From an uncultured Candidatus Saccharibacteria bacterium (GTDB lineage: Bacteria; Patescibacteriota; Minisyncoccia; Phycocordibacterales; UBA2100), in contig CAYIJV010000004.1 in assembly GCA_964363895.1 (NCBI GenBank), positions 1 to 40,067 of the forward strand: 40,067 nucleotides of DNA, read 5' to 3'. Positions 28,234 to 37,670 of the stretch are shown piece after piece. Every line of letters starts with the position of its first letter. Positions within the stretch are counted from its first letter, which is position 1. Under the pieces are notes generated by a model. The model was not told where the DNA came from and did no database searches. It saw only the letters and a list, made by a program, of their open reading frames with translations. Made by a program: the position numbers and the translations under genes.

Positions 28234-29913
28234 TCACATTTTTTCTGGTGCAGAGATGCCGAGAAGCCACAGGCCGTTTTTGAGCGTTCGCCGCACCGCA
28301 TCCACGAGCGCGACTTTGTGAGCCGCCTTCGGAGTGCCGTCGAGAATTTGCTCTTGTGCGTACCAACTGTTGAAGTGCGAGGCAATGTCCAAAAGGTACG
28401 TGGTGAGTAGGTGTGGCTCGTAGAGCGAGGTCGCGTATTCGACGATTTCGGGGAAACGGTGCAGGAGCCGTGCGAGTTCGTCGGGCACTGCTTCTGTGTC
28501 AACCTTTGCAACAACATTTTGTTCCCGCGCTTTTTCAACTATTTGCTGCGCACGCGCGTGCGCATACTGCGAATATGGTCCCGAATCTCCCTCAAGTGAA
28601 AGCGCTCGATCGCGATCAAAAATTATGTCTTTACCCGATGCCTGCTTAAGTATCTGATATTTGATGGCAGCGACAGCAACAACTTCGGCCAATTTCTCTG
28701 TGTCCTCTGCGCGGCTTTCCGCAGCACGCACTTTTGCCGCTTCTGTGAGATCCCTAAGGAGAGATTCTCCCGTGACTACGTTACCTGTGCGCGACGACAT
28801 TTTCCCTTCCGAAAACCGCATCATCCCGTGCGAGACATGCTGGATTTTCGACGCAATGTCGGGCAAGACTTTTTTCATTGCGACAAGCACGACCCTGAAA
28901 TAATCGCTCTGCTCGTGCGCCGTCACTGTAATCGAGGTGTCGAATTCGCACGTCTCTGCTTTCAGCTCAGCAAGCCCCAAATCCTTGGTCTCATATGTGG
29001 GTAAGCCTTTTGAGGTAATAAAAACACGCGTATGAAGTCCGTCTTGTTCGCCTTTATACACGACCGCTCCATCGCTTTTTTCAAAAACTTCAGGGTGAGC
29101 GCGAACGATTCTAATTCCTCGCGGAGCAGTATCACTCTCGAAAAAATAATAATCGAATTTTGTCCCGAGCATTGTGTACAAATCTTCGAAATGCTCTAGC
29201 GATGCCTTTCTGCCCGTCGTATAGATGTCGTTAACTTTTGGGTCCGATTTGTCATACACCTTTGCATTGAGCGCATCTATTTCTTTCTTCGCAGTGTCAT
29301 CTTTTTCATACGCCTCCGAACCCGCCGCGTATGCTTTGCCCAATGCAGCAGAATCATTTGGATCCAGCTCAAGTTTTTCAATCCCCCAAATCGCTTTTGC
29401 GACATGCGGCCCCACATCGCCTTGATAATTCGCCCGCTTCACATCTGCGCCGGAAAATTGCAAAAGCCGCGCGATGGATTCGCCGATAGCGTTGCTCATT
29501 AAATGCCCAATGTGAAATTCTTTAAACGGGTTAGGGTCGGTATACTCGACCATAATTTTCTTTCCAGATAACTTTTTGTTGGAACCCCACATGTCTTCCG
29601 TACGCGCAGTTTCAACAAATTCCGTGAGCGTTTGTGGAGCAAGATAAAAGTTGATGAATCCAGTGCCTGCGACTTCGGTTTTTGCGATACCCTCGATTGC
29701 GCCGAGCGAAGCGACTATCTTTTCCGCAAGCGCCTTGGGCGCCATTCCGATCTGCTTCGCGTATTGCATTGCAATACCGGAAGAATAATCTCCATTCTTT
29801 AGATCCGCTGGGTGTTCGAGCGAAACTTTATCGGCAGAAATTCCAATTCCTGAGTCAGTAAGTGCGCGTGCTATGGACTCTTTTAGCAGACTCGGAACGT
29901 TCATGGTATTCAT
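28234..29913 (-). CDS. argS: Arginine--tRNA ligase
   Basis: GDYS, GFINF, EYTDPNPFKEFHIGH, KMSSRTG, GDSGPY, APEKM. The start could be 29904. Confidence 0.97.
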   Translation of the reverse strand: MNTMNVPSLLKESIARALTDSGIGISADKVSLEHPADLKNGDYSSGIAMQYAKQIGMAPKALAEKIVASLGAIEGIAKTEVAGTGFINFYLAPQTLTEFVETARTEDMWGSNKKLSGKKIMVEYTDPNPFKEFHIGHLMSNAIGESIARLLQFSGADVKRANYQGDVGPHVAKAIWGIEKLELDPNDSAALGKAYAAGSEAYEKDDTAKKEIDALNAKVYDKSDPKVNDIYTTGRKASLEHFEDLYTMLGTKFDYYFFESDTAPRGIRIVRAHPEVFEKSDGAVVYKGEQDGLHTRVFITSKGLPTYETKDLGLAELKAETCEFDTSITVTAHEQSDYFRVVLVAMKKVLPDIASKIQHVSHGMMRFSEGKMSSRTGNVVTGESLLRDLTEAAKVRAAESRAEDTEKLAEVVAVAAIKYQILKQASGKDIIFDRDRALSLEGDSGPYSQYAHARAQQIVEKAREQNVVAKVDTEAVPDELARLLHRFPEIVEYATSLYEPHLLTTYLLDIASHFNSWYAQEQILDGTPKAAHKVALVDAVRRTLKNGLWLLGISAPEKM

Positions 29914-30005
29914 TATGCCCCACTTATTCTCTGAAAGACACTGTACGAGAAACGCTGTATAATTTCTTTGTTGTTGACTCGCATTATTAGATCCACACTA
30001 TCCGC

Positions 30006-30575
30006 ATGGAACAGGCACCAAAAGAAACCCCATCAAGCGACAAGAAAGAAGTTGAAGTACCAGTTAATGTAAGTAGGCGCGACTTTCTTAAGGGCGCTGG
30101 TGTCGGGATGGTTGGAGCAATCGCTGGTGTCGGGGTGGTGGGAGCAGCCGAGCCTACAGAAGAGCCCGTCCGTGGACCATTAACGAAAGAACAACGTGAA
30201 GCAATTGAAGAATTTGTTACCAAAACTTTCAAATACGTTCAGGATCTAAAGCCTTTCAAAAAAGACATTTCCTCAATTGCCCTAATTGTCCAACGGGAGG
30301 AAATGAATTATAGAGGAGACACTTTTGTCTCCAGGGAAGCATTAAAGTCTTTTAAAGAAGAAATTGCAATTGTATTGAACAAAATCGAACTGCTAGAAAA
30401 CTACCTCGCAGACATAGGGATATCCGTTGCGAAAAAAGATATGGATACGTTAAGAAAACAGAAGCAATTATTCTCTGAGGAAGCCAATTCCCTTTCGGAA
30501 AAATCCAAGCATCTATCTGAAAACCCGCTATACTTCAAGTACCGTACGCTAGCTCTTGGCTTCAGGGAAGCATAG
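30006..30575 (+). CDS. Hypothetical protein with a twin-arginine-like motif and helical C-terminus
   Basis: VSRRDFLKG followed by a hydrophobic Gly-rich helix. The sequence is visibly more AT-rich than its neighbours, with TATAAT at 29958-29963 upstream. Confidence 0.7.
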   Translation: MEQAPKETPSSDKKEVEVPVNVSRRDFLKGAGVGMVGAIAGVGVVGAAEPTEEPVRGPLTKEQREAIEEFVTKTFKYVQDLKPFKKDISSIALIVQREEMNYRGDTFVSREALKSFKEEIAIVLNKIELLENYLADIGISVAKKDMDTLRKQKQLFSEEANSLSEKSKHLSENPLYFKYRTLALGFREA

Positions 30576-30595
30576 TGAAGGTAAACTGATACTTC

Positions 30596-31015
30596 CTACT
30601 CTGTATCGATCCCCATTGAGCGGGCGGTGCCGGCGATTATTTTCTTCGCCTGCTCCATACTATTGGCGTTCAAGTCCTCCATCTTTTCCGTAGCGATCTC
30701 TTCAAGTTGCTTATTAGTGAGCTTGCCTACTTTGTTCTGCGCTTTATCAGAGCCTTTTTCCATGCTCATCGCTTTCAGAATGAGGCGCGAAGCCGGCGGC
30801 TTCTTGACGACAAAGGTGAAGCTCCGGTCTTTGTATACCGTGAGCAAAACAGGTACGATGTTGCCCGCCATCGGGCGTGTCAGCGTATTGAATTGATTCA
30901 CAAATTCACCGATATTCACGCCGGCCGGGCCCAGCGCAGTACCAACAGGAGGTGCGGGAGTTGCTTTCCCTGCCTCAATCTGTAATTTAATTATTTTTGT
31001 TATTTCTTTTGCCAT
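30596..31015 (-). CDS. rplK: 50S ribosomal protein uL11
   Basis: [29 protein letters not shown]. Confidence 0.98.
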   Translation of the reverse strand: MAKEITKIIKLQIEAGKATPAPPVGTALGPAGVNIGEFVNQFNTLTRPMAGNIVPVLLTVYKDRSFTFVVKKPPASRLILKAMSMEKGSDKAQNKVGKLTNKQLEEIATEKMEDLNANSMEQAKKIIAGTARSMGIDTE

Positions 31016-31019
31016 ACAG

Positions 31020-31562
31020 TTATACTCTTTGCACTTGATCGGCTTCGAGCTCCACCGGAGTCTCGCGACCAAACATCGGAACTAGGACTTTAACCTTTCC
31101 TCGCTCTTCGTCAATCTCTCCCACCTTGCCTTCAAGATCCTTGAACGGCCCATCAATGATTATGACCGCATCGCCCTCCGAAAGGTCGATAGCGTGTCGC
31201 ACAGTATCGCCTCCCGCACGCTTCAGGATCTTTTCTACCTCCTCCGGTTCGAGCGGCACCGCCTGATTCGCCGTGCCGACAAATCCCGTTACCTGCGGCG
31301 TATTGCGCACAACGCTCCATGCGTCGTCATCGGCAATCATATCTACTAAGACATAGCCGGGAAAAACCTTCTCGCGAGCTTCTGTGCGACGGCCGTTCTT
31401 GATCTTTATCTTGTTCTCTGTCGGCACAATGATATTAAATATCTTCTCTTTCATACCGAACGATTCGACACGCTGCTTCAAATTGCGCGCAACGGCATCC
31501 TCATAACCCGAATACGTGTGGATAGCATACCATTGCCGCTCTTGGCCGTGTGTTTGTTTCAT
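31020..31562 (-). CDS. nusG: Transcription termination/antitermination factor NusG
   Basis: [27 protein letters not shown] motif, [10 protein letters not shown]. Confidence 0.98.
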   Translation of the reverse strand: MKQTHGQERQWYAIHTYSGYEDAVARNLKQRVESFGMKEKIFNIIVPTENKIKIKNGRRTEAREKVFPGYVLVDMIADDDAWSVVRNTPQVTGFVGTANQAVPLEPEEVEKILKRAGGDTVRHAIDLSEGDAVIIIDGPFKDLEGKVGEIDEERGKVKVLVPMFGRETPVELEADQVQRV

Positions 31563-31566
31563 ACGA

Positions 31567-31863
31567 TTATTGCAATTGTGGAACGCCTTGAGTCTGGTTC
31601 GAGGTACTTGCAGAATCCATAATCAACGAGGGCGAAGTAGAAGCGATCTCTTGTATGTTGGTTATTGAATTGGACGCGGGTAATAGATCCAAGAAACGCG
31701 CGAGGCCTCCTGTGAAAAGATAATCGAAAAGTCCAAGATACAGCGCAACTGCGATAGAAAGGATCGCAACCAAAATCGTGTACACGATGGTTTGCAGTCG
31801 TGTAGGCCACGCGACATGCCGTAACTCGCCTTGGGTGTCTTTGATGTATTGGATGATACTCAT
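31567..31863 (-). CDS. secE: Preprotein translocase subunit SecE
   Basis: ELRHVAWPTR plus one TM helix, immediately upstream of nusG. Confidence 0.93.
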   Translation of the reverse strand: MSIIQYIKDTQGELRHVAWPTRLQTIVYTILVAILSIAVALYLGLFDYLFTGGLARFLDLLPASNSITNIQEIASTSPSLIMDSASTSNQTQGVPQLQ

Positions 31864-31941
31864 ACAATCTGTGATTCTTGCTAATCAAAAACCCCTTGCG
31901 GGGCTTATCTGCTACATACTAATCGTTATTTAAATGAAGTC

Positions 31942-31972
31942 AAGAGCCGCCCGCCAAAGGCGGGCGGCTCTT
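31942..31972. terminator. Strong hairpin / probable terminator after the SIMPL gene
   Basis: AAGAGCCGCCCGCC-AAA-GGCGGGCGGCTCTT, a perfect 14-bp stem 8 nt from the stop at 31981. Confidence 0.75.
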
Positions 31973-31980
31973 TCCTAGCC

Positions 31981-32796
31981 CTACCGAACCTCGTACGTCA
32001 CCGTCACATTCGATATGATCTTGTTCTGTCCGGTCGGTATTTCAGGCGAAGGAGTGTCCGATTCAGCACCACCCATCCCGTACGACATCATTGCTTTCGC
32101 GTAATAGATCGGGCCTCCGATCCCCCCTTCGCTAAATCCAACGACGCGGACGATGCGCACGCCGAGCGATTCCGCAAGCACTTCGGCTTTTTCCTTCGCT
32201 TTTGTGATTGCTTTGTCGCGCGCTTCCGCCTCTAGCTTATCTTGGTCATCGATAGTAAAAGAGAGTCCACTTACCGAAGAAACACCTCGGGAACCTACGC
32301 CAGAGAGAAGCTCGCCCGCCTTTTTTGTGTCGCGCACTTTCACGGTCAAAGTCTGCGAGACTTGAAAACCTCGGAGTGTTTGTTTGCCAGGCGGGCAGTA
32401 TCCTTGCGTACAGACTGCGGTGATGTAGTCGTATTGAGGATAGACGCTGTAGTCAGTCGTTTGAATGTCTTTTTCATCAATGCCCTGCTGTTTTAAATAA
32501 TCTATGATATCGTTGCCCTTCTTTGTCGCAACATCCTGTGCGGCCTTAACATCTTTCGCTTCCTCTTGGATGGTTACCGAAAATGTCGCGGTATCCGGTA
32601 CAGCAAAGACCTCTCCATCGCCCGAGACACTTATAGTGTTGGTAGCCGCTACACCACTACCGATAAAACGCAGACCCTTGAGTTCACCTATCGTTGCGAT
32701 CAAAAGAAAGAGTGCCAAGACACCGAGGGCCGTCGCGGCCATTGCGCGAGGCCAGTGAGTCGCGCTGATAATCTTATCTACTGTTTGTTCATCCAT
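31981..32796 (-). CDS. SIMPL/DUF541 domain protein
   Basis: TISVSGDGEVFAVPDTA, GIDEKDIQT, AKEKAEVLAESLG, VTVTYEV; N-terminal TM anchor. Confidence 0.93.
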   Translation of the reverse strand: MDEQTVDKIISATHWPRAMAATALGVLALFLLIATIGELKGLRFIGSGVAATNTISVSGDGEVFAVPDTATFSVTIQEEAKDVKAAQDVATKKGNDIIDYLKQQGIDEKDIQTTDYSVYPQYDYITAVCTQGYCPPGKQTLRGFQVSQTLTVKVRDTKKAGELLSGVGSRGVSSVSGLSFTIDDQDKLEAEARDKAITKAKEKAEVLAESLGVRIVRVVGFSEGGIGGPIYYAKAMMSYGMGGAESDTPSPEIPTGQNKIISNVTVTYEVR

Positions 32797-32828
32797 ACTA
32801 GTGATTACTTTTTACATTAATTAATAAA

Positions 32829-32901
32829 AGTATACCCCATGAGATAGCCAGACCCAAATAAGACACGGGGTATTAAGAGTGATTACCTCACGTGGTATAC
32901 G
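32829..32901. promoter_or_regulatory. Back-to-back pair of an 18-bp promoter-like motif (pair 1)
   Basis: TATCTCATGGGGTATACT on minus (32829-32846) and degenerate TACCTCACGTGGTATACG on plus (32884-32901). Confidence 0.7.
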
Positions 32902-32913
32902 CACGCTCGGCAA

Positions 32914-33621
32914 TCATGGCGTTGCCTTCCTATCATCGGCAAGAAAAAGTGCGCGATCTTTCGGGAAAAGCCATTCGGCGATGTGAAAGATAGTGTAGGT
33001 GATAAAGAAGGCCGAGACCACATCGATTGTGTAATGCAAATGCCCCAGAAGTACGATCGTTCCCATAAAGACCGACCATGCGATAAAGATGAGCCGGAGA
33101 TTCCTTTCGCGCCAGAATATAAGCGCAAGAAGGAACGGTATGCCGGTGTGGGCTGAGAAGAACAAATCACTACTGAAAAGGAACCGGCTGATGAGCGTGC
33201 CCAGGTCGAGCGTGGTCTCAACTTGCGATGGGAAGGGTCCGATATGAGTGAGCGAAATAAAGGCAGAGCGGATGATGAAAAACAGTGTCATGCTATGAAG
33301 CGCGAACGGGATGCGTTTGGGGTGAGCGAAGAGCAAGAGCGCGATAAACGCGATCAAGAGAAGAGTGCTGACGACGAAAAGTCCTCCTACATTTATAACT
33401 GGAGTGTTGGAAAGAATGATATCCGTGACCGGACTACTCGCTTGCCTCGTGGCATATTGGATGGCAAAAAAAGAAACCACAACACTCCCAAAAAACATGA
33501 CCGTGGAGGTGAGGACCGAGATGCGGAATTCTTGCTGTGAAGAGTAATGTCGGTACCGCCGCCACAATTCGCGGTGGGGCGCAGGATGGCGATGAAGTGG
33601 GATGTATTCATCTGCGTTCAT
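32914..33621 (-). CDS. PAP2/sphingomyelin-synthase-like integral membrane phosphatase or phosphotransferase
   Basis: Multi-TM protein with catalytic motifs DLFFSAHT and HLHYTIDV. Confidence 0.85.
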   Translation of the reverse strand: MNADEYIPLHRHPAPHRELWRRYRHYSSQQEFRISVLTSTVMFFGSVVVSFFAIQYATRQASSPVTDIILSNTPVINVGGLFVVSTLLLIAFIALLLFAHPKRIPFALHSMTLFFIIRSAFISLTHIGPFPSQVETTLDLGTLISRFLFSSDLFFSAHTGIPFLLALIFWRERNLRLIFIAWSVFMGTIVLLGHLHYTIDVVSAFFITYTIFHIAEWLFPKDRALFLADDRKATP

Positions 33622-33633
33622 AGGCTTGAAAAT

Positions 33634-33707
33634 AGTATACCCTGTGAGATACGTAGCTCCGAATTGTCGGCATACAGTGCAAAGAGAGTTATCTCACGGG
33701 GTATACT
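33634..33707. promoter_or_regulatory. Back-to-back pair of an 18-bp promoter-like motif (pair 2): divergent promoters for the PAP2 gene and dedA
   Basis: TATCTCACAGGGTATACT on minus (33634-33651) and TATCTCACGGGGTATACT on plus (33690-33707). Each ends in a TATACT -10 box, 12 and 5 nt from an ATG. Confidence 0.8.
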
Positions 33708-33712
33708 ACGGT

Positions 33713-34294
33713 ATGGATTTCTCCCAGATTATCGCTTTTTTTGAGGCTTCGAAGTACTTCTTGCTCTTCTTCGGGACATTTTTCGAAGGAACCGTAGTCA
33801 TGATGGCCGGAGGACTTTTACTACAAGCAGGAGAGGTCAATCTTGCTCCCTTATATATCACGCTCGTCGCCAGCGATATCGCATCCGACATGTGTTGGTA
33901 TGTCCTAGGATACTGGGGAGCCCGACCGTTTCTCATGCGATGGGGACACCTCTTCGGCGCCACTCCCGAAGTCATCGCCATGATCGAAGGACGATTCCGC
34001 CGCTACCAAACCAGCATCCTAATAATATCGAAACTTACCATGGGATTTGGCTTCGCCGTCGTCACGCTCACGGTCGCTGGGATGTTGCGTGTGCCGTTCG
34101 CCCTGTATGCGACTATCACGGTGCTTGGCTCTCTTGTGTGGGTAGGGTTCCTAATTACCCTTGGATACTATTTTGGTAACGTGCTTGATCTGGTGCCGCC
34201 TGAATTCAAACTGGCGCTGGCACTTGGTGGACTCGCGGTCTCGTTCTTAATTCTCAAGTACATCAACAATCGCCTAACCCGTGTCAAATTATAA
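33713..34294 (+). CDS. DedA/VTT family membrane protein
   Basis: FFEG...AGGL...SDMCWYVLGYWG...ISKLT...AGMLRVP...LGYYFG. Start reset to 33713, just behind TATACT. Confidence 0.9.
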   Translation: MDFSQIIAFFEASKYFLLFFGTFFEGTVVMMAGGLLLQAGEVNLAPLYITLVASDIASDMCWYVLGYWGARPFLMRWGHLFGATPEVIAMIEGRFRRYQTSILIISKLTMGFGFAVVTLTVAGMLRVPFALYATITVLGSLVWVGFLITLGYYFGNVLDLVPPEFKLALALGGLAVSFLILKYINNRLTRVKL

Positions 34295-34296
34295 GT

Positions 34297-35010
34297 ATGC
34301 TTTCTATCGTCATCCCAGCACGCGAGGAGGAGAAGGCCATTAGCGCAACCATCACGCAATTCAAATCTATAACGCTTCCGCACGAAATTATCGTATCGGA
34401 TGATGGGAGTAGTGACCGGACGGCAGAACTGGCAGGTCAGTTGGCGAACAAGGTGGTTACTTTCTCTGGTGTACGGCACACGCCAGGCCGCACGCGCAAT
34501 GCGGGAGCAAAAGTGGCACACGGAGAATTCGTCGCCTTCATCGATGCGGATGTCGTCGTGCCAGAGGCGGACGCATTCTACAAACGCGCGCTGAAACATT
34601 TCGAGGATCCGCACATCGTCGGTGTCTGCGGACCACAGCGAGCATTACCTGAATTAGAGACGTGGGCAGATAGAATTTCTTTCGGCATTCTTAATGCCAT
34701 ACTTGCCTTCAATAATAATGTTCTTCATCGAGGCGAGGCTTCCGGGAAAAATATGGTTGTCCGCAAAAGCGCGTTTGAAAAAGTCGGCGGGTTACGTGAG
34801 GATATCGCGACGCGCGAGGACGGCGATTTTTTCTACCGTCTCTCAAAAATCGGCCGCACAGTGTACGACAGTTCACTCATGGTCCATCACGGCGCGCGGC
34901 GCGCACACAGAGTGGGGTGGCTCAAATTGTGGTGGATATGGATAAGCAACACGGTCTATTTCGCTCTTTTTAATAAAACAATCGCCGACGATTGGACGCC
35001 AGTCCGCTGA
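34297..35010 (+). CDS. Family 2 glycosyltransferase
   Basis: SIVIPAREE, SDDGSSD, RNAGA, FIDADV, EDGDF. Confidence 0.93.
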   Translation: MLSIVIPAREEEKAISATITQFKSITLPHEIIVSDDGSSDRTAELAGQLANKVVTFSGVRHTPGRTRNAGAKVAHGEFVAFIDADVVVPEADAFYKRALKHFEDPHIVGVCGPQRALPELETWADRISFGILNAILAFNNNVLHRGEASGKNMVVRKSAFEKVGGLREDIATREDGDFFYRLSKIGRTVYDSSLMVHHGARRAHRVGWLKLWWIWISNTVYFALFNKTIADDWTPVR

Positions 35011-35023
35011 TACAATTCCTATT

Positions 35024-36022
35024 ATGTCTATAGAGCAAATGCGACAGGCGCCGGATAAGAGAGGGGATTCTTTTGAGAAACAGTTCGAGAAACGCGAAAT
35101 GATCGATACTGCAGGTGGTATCGCAGAGGTTGTTGATATCGCTCCCGCGCAACAAAAAGACGAGGTGCCGGTGTTGTTTGCGCCTGCATGGGCATGCACA
35201 CTTCCTATTTACGAACCAGCACTCAAGACTCTCGTCAACGAAGGTCGAAGAACGATTTCTTTGAACCACCCGAGACGTGGCGGCGAAATGAATTTGAGCG
35301 ATGCGGAAAAAGAGTTGGTGAAAGAATATCCGAACGAAGAAGTGCGAAAAGCTCTTACTTTGCGAGATGTTTTGAATCATAAAGGAGTTGAAAAAGTCGA
35401 CGTCATCGCGCACTCCGAAGGAGCCGTGAATGCGGCGATTGCCGCTCTACTGAATCCCGAAAAATTCCGGAATATTATTTTCTTCGGGCCAGCGGGACTG
35501 ATAGGAGAAGACGATCCTATCCGCCTTCTAAAAGGTTTTGTAAGTCAGGGAGCGCCAAAGCCAAGTCTGAATAAAATCCCCGTGAGCGAAGAGCAGAAAG
35601 CCGTGGCGCGCGCCGAGGGAGGCGAAGCGATTGAATATCCAGAAATCCCCATAACGGAAACGGCTAAAGAAGTGGGAGCAATTGCCGCCAGAGAGGCTCC
35701 AAAATATATGATTCAAAATCCTCTCCGCGCATTCAAAGAGGGGTGGGGTCTTTCGCAAGTACAGATCGACGGCTTAATCGACAAACTTCGTGAACGTGGA
35801 ATCGGCATCGTGGTTATAAGCGCAGTGGACGATCCTGTGTTTCCAACAAAAACTATGGCTGAAAGGCTAAAGAAAGGAAGCCTCGACGGGTTCCTTTCAG
35901 TTCGTGGAGGACACGGGCAGATCGGAGAAACGCCCGAGCGCTATATGGTCGCGGCAAATCAAATGTTGGAAAATCTTCGAGATCGGAAAAAGCGGTCTAC
36001 AAGCGATACATCGGGCGGATGA
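35024..36022 (+). CDS. Alpha/beta-hydrolase fold protein
   Basis: Nucleophile elbow IAHSEGA, acid DDPVF and His GGHG. Confidence 0.8.
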   Translation: MSIEQMRQAPDKRGDSFEKQFEKREMIDTAGGIAEVVDIAPAQQKDEVPVLFAPAWACTLPIYEPALKTLVNEGRRTISLNHPRRGGEMNLSDAEKELVKEYPNEEVRKALTLRDVLNHKGVEKVDVIAHSEGAVNAAIAALLNPEKFRNIIFFGPAGLIGEDDPIRLLKGFVSQGAPKPSLNKIPVSEEQKAVARAEGGEAIEYPEIPITETAKEVGAIAAREAPKYMIQNPLRAFKEGWGLSQVQIDGLIDKLRERGIGIVVISAVDDPVFPTKTMAERLKKGSLDGFLSVRGGHGQIGETPERYMVAANQMLENLRDRKKRSTSDTSGG

Positions 36023-36518
36023 GGAGAAAGTAGACGTTGGCGAAAGTGAATGCAACTGCGGCGGCCCATGCGGCTTCAAATGAATAACCAATCACAGTAG
36101 CCCCGAGCACGGCAGCGCACGTCGCGGTGCCCATAAGATCGATGAGGATTTTACGTTTCAATACATTCGTCTGCGATATCACGAGAAGTAGGAGAGGGTA
36201 CTTTGTCGAAGCGGCGATAAATAGACACAGTGCAAAGAATGCGAATTGTGTCGGACGTCCCATTGAAAATGCGAGAGCCAAATATAGAGACACGAGAATT
36301 GTATCGATGGCGATTTGCGAAGTATTCTCGGGAGCGATGCGGGAGAAAAACCGTATGGAGAAAAACGTGTTAATCACGAGGACGCCATAAAAAATCAGAT
36401 GCGGTAGAAGATAGGAAGGTGTCGGCGCATACATGAAGAGCGATATGACTCCCGCAAGCGAGAATACTCCTGTCGCAACGAGTGCCTTGGTGGTCGGATT
36501 TCTCATGTCATCCATCAT
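35997..36518 (-). CDS. Hypothetical multi-pass membrane protein
   Basis: About six hydrophobic segments. ATG 36518 is coupled to the GT2 stop (ATGA). Confidence 0.75.
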   Translation of the reverse strand: MMDDMRNPTTKALVATGVFSLAGVISLFMYAPTPSYLLPHLIFYGVLVINTFFSIRFFSRIAPENTSQIAIDTILVSLYLALAFSMGRPTQFAFFALCLFIAASTKYPLLLLVISQTNVLKRKILIDLMGTATCAAVLGATVIGYSFEAAWAAAVAFTFANVYFLLIRPMYRL

Positions 36519-37231
36519 CTCACGTCCTTGTACGTTTTTGTAAACGGACGATGAAATATGACAGGCCAGATGTAGTTGAGAACATAGACAAAATTCGGCT
36601 TCCAAATGCCTTCCCTCTCAAATCGCCGAGCAGAGGCATGCGTATAAAAATCCATGCGGAAGAGCGTCTTTCCTATCTTGCTGAGACGGCGCGCTAGATC
36701 GGTGTCTTCGCCGTAAAATGCGATGGAGCGGTCAAATCCTCCGATCGCTTGGATAGCCGAGCGCTTCGCGATAAAGTTTCCACCCAAAATCATAAATCCC
36801 ACCAGTCGATACGTAATCGGTGCAATACCCCAAAATGCGTTTAGGATCCATCTTCGATACCACACGGTACCGAAATACCGACGTGGTCCGCTCAAAGAAA
36901 CGATATCCGACCGCTCACGGAACATACGCTCGGCGATATCAATCCACTGCGGCGTAATATGTGTGTCGGCATCGATGTATGCGATAAGCTCACCACTAGA
37001 AGCCTCGAGTCCAGCCTGACGAGCTGAGGTGAGTCCCTTTTGCGCTTCATACACTACACGCACACCGGAGCGTGCGCGAGCTACATCTGCAGTTTTGTCG
37101 GTTGAGGCATTGTCAACGACGATGATCTCTTTGAATTTCCCGCGCGAATTCTTGATCGCCGTGTCAAGACACGGACCAATGTACAACTCTTCGTTGTGCG
37201 CAGGAATTATGAGTGATATGTCCATGGTCAT
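36515..37231 (-). CDS. Family 2 glycosyltransferase
   Basis: SLIIPAHNEE, VDNASTD, YIDADT, GGNF, GEDTDL, SARRF. ATGA-coupled to the upstream gene. Confidence 0.93.
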   Translation of the reverse strand: MTMDISLIIPAHNEELYIGPCLDTAIKNSRGKFKEIIVVDNASTDKTADVARARSGVRVVYEAQKGLTSARQAGLEASSGELIAYIDADTHITPQWIDIAERMFRERSDIVSLSGPRRYFGTVWYRRWILNAFWGIAPITYRLVGFMILGGNFIAKRSAIQAIGGFDRSIAFYGEDTDLARRLSKIGKTLFRMDFYTHASARRFEREGIWKPNFVYVLNYIWPVIFHRPFTKTYKDVR

Positions 37232-37569
37232 TTCAGGTGATTTTCGAGGATCACGATACCGCGCCGCATCGCGACGAACGCATATCCCCAAAGTACCGGT
37301 AGCCAGAGCGGCATGACGCCGAAGAGCGAATTCCGCAAAAATACCTCTACACCTGTCGAGACGAAAAAGTACTCGGATATAAGAAGCGTAAAAAATCCGA
37401 AAACAAGAAAGATGACGTCATTTTTCTCATATTTCATAACGAACGATGCCGCAATGATAAGGGCGTATACTCCTGCCAAGAGAATATCGTTTTGCACGAG
37501 CGGAATGAGGCCAATCATGACGATGATCGGCACAGCTTGGAGAAACAATTTGAGAACCAACTTTGTCAT
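37228..37569 (-). CDS. Small multi-pass membrane protein (DUF2878-like)
   Basis: Four hydrophobic segments with a pattern E-x5-TG...PLWLPVLWG. The family call is tentative. Confidence 0.65.
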   Translation of the reverse strand: MTKLVLKLFLQAVPIIVMIGLIPLVQNDILLAGVYALIIAASFVMKYEKNDVIFLVFGFFTLLISEYFFVSTGVEVFLRNSLFGVMPLWLPVLWGYAFVAMRRGIVILENHLK

Positions 37570-37595
37570 CAGATAAAGCCTACCATCTTACTATC

Positions 37596-37670
37596 TGGGC
37601 GACTATCGAGAGTCGAACTCGAATCGAGAGCTCCACAAGCTCCAGTGTTAACCGTTACACCATAGTCGCC
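37596..37670 (-). tRNA. tRNA-His (GUG)
   Basis: Cloverleaf with encoded G-1, acceptor GCGACTA/TAGTCGC, anticodon loop TT-GTG-GA, T loop TTCGACT and C73. A full CCA after C73 is not encoded. Confidence 0.95.

Noticed and set aside
27667-28410. 247-aa plus-strand ORF across the ileS/argS junction
   Set aside because: Antisense to two essential synthetases, with no domain signal.
31559-31888. Alternative 109-aa ORF overlapping secE
   Set aside because: The other frame carries the SecE signature (ELRHVAWPT plus a TM helix); this one has no recognisable features.
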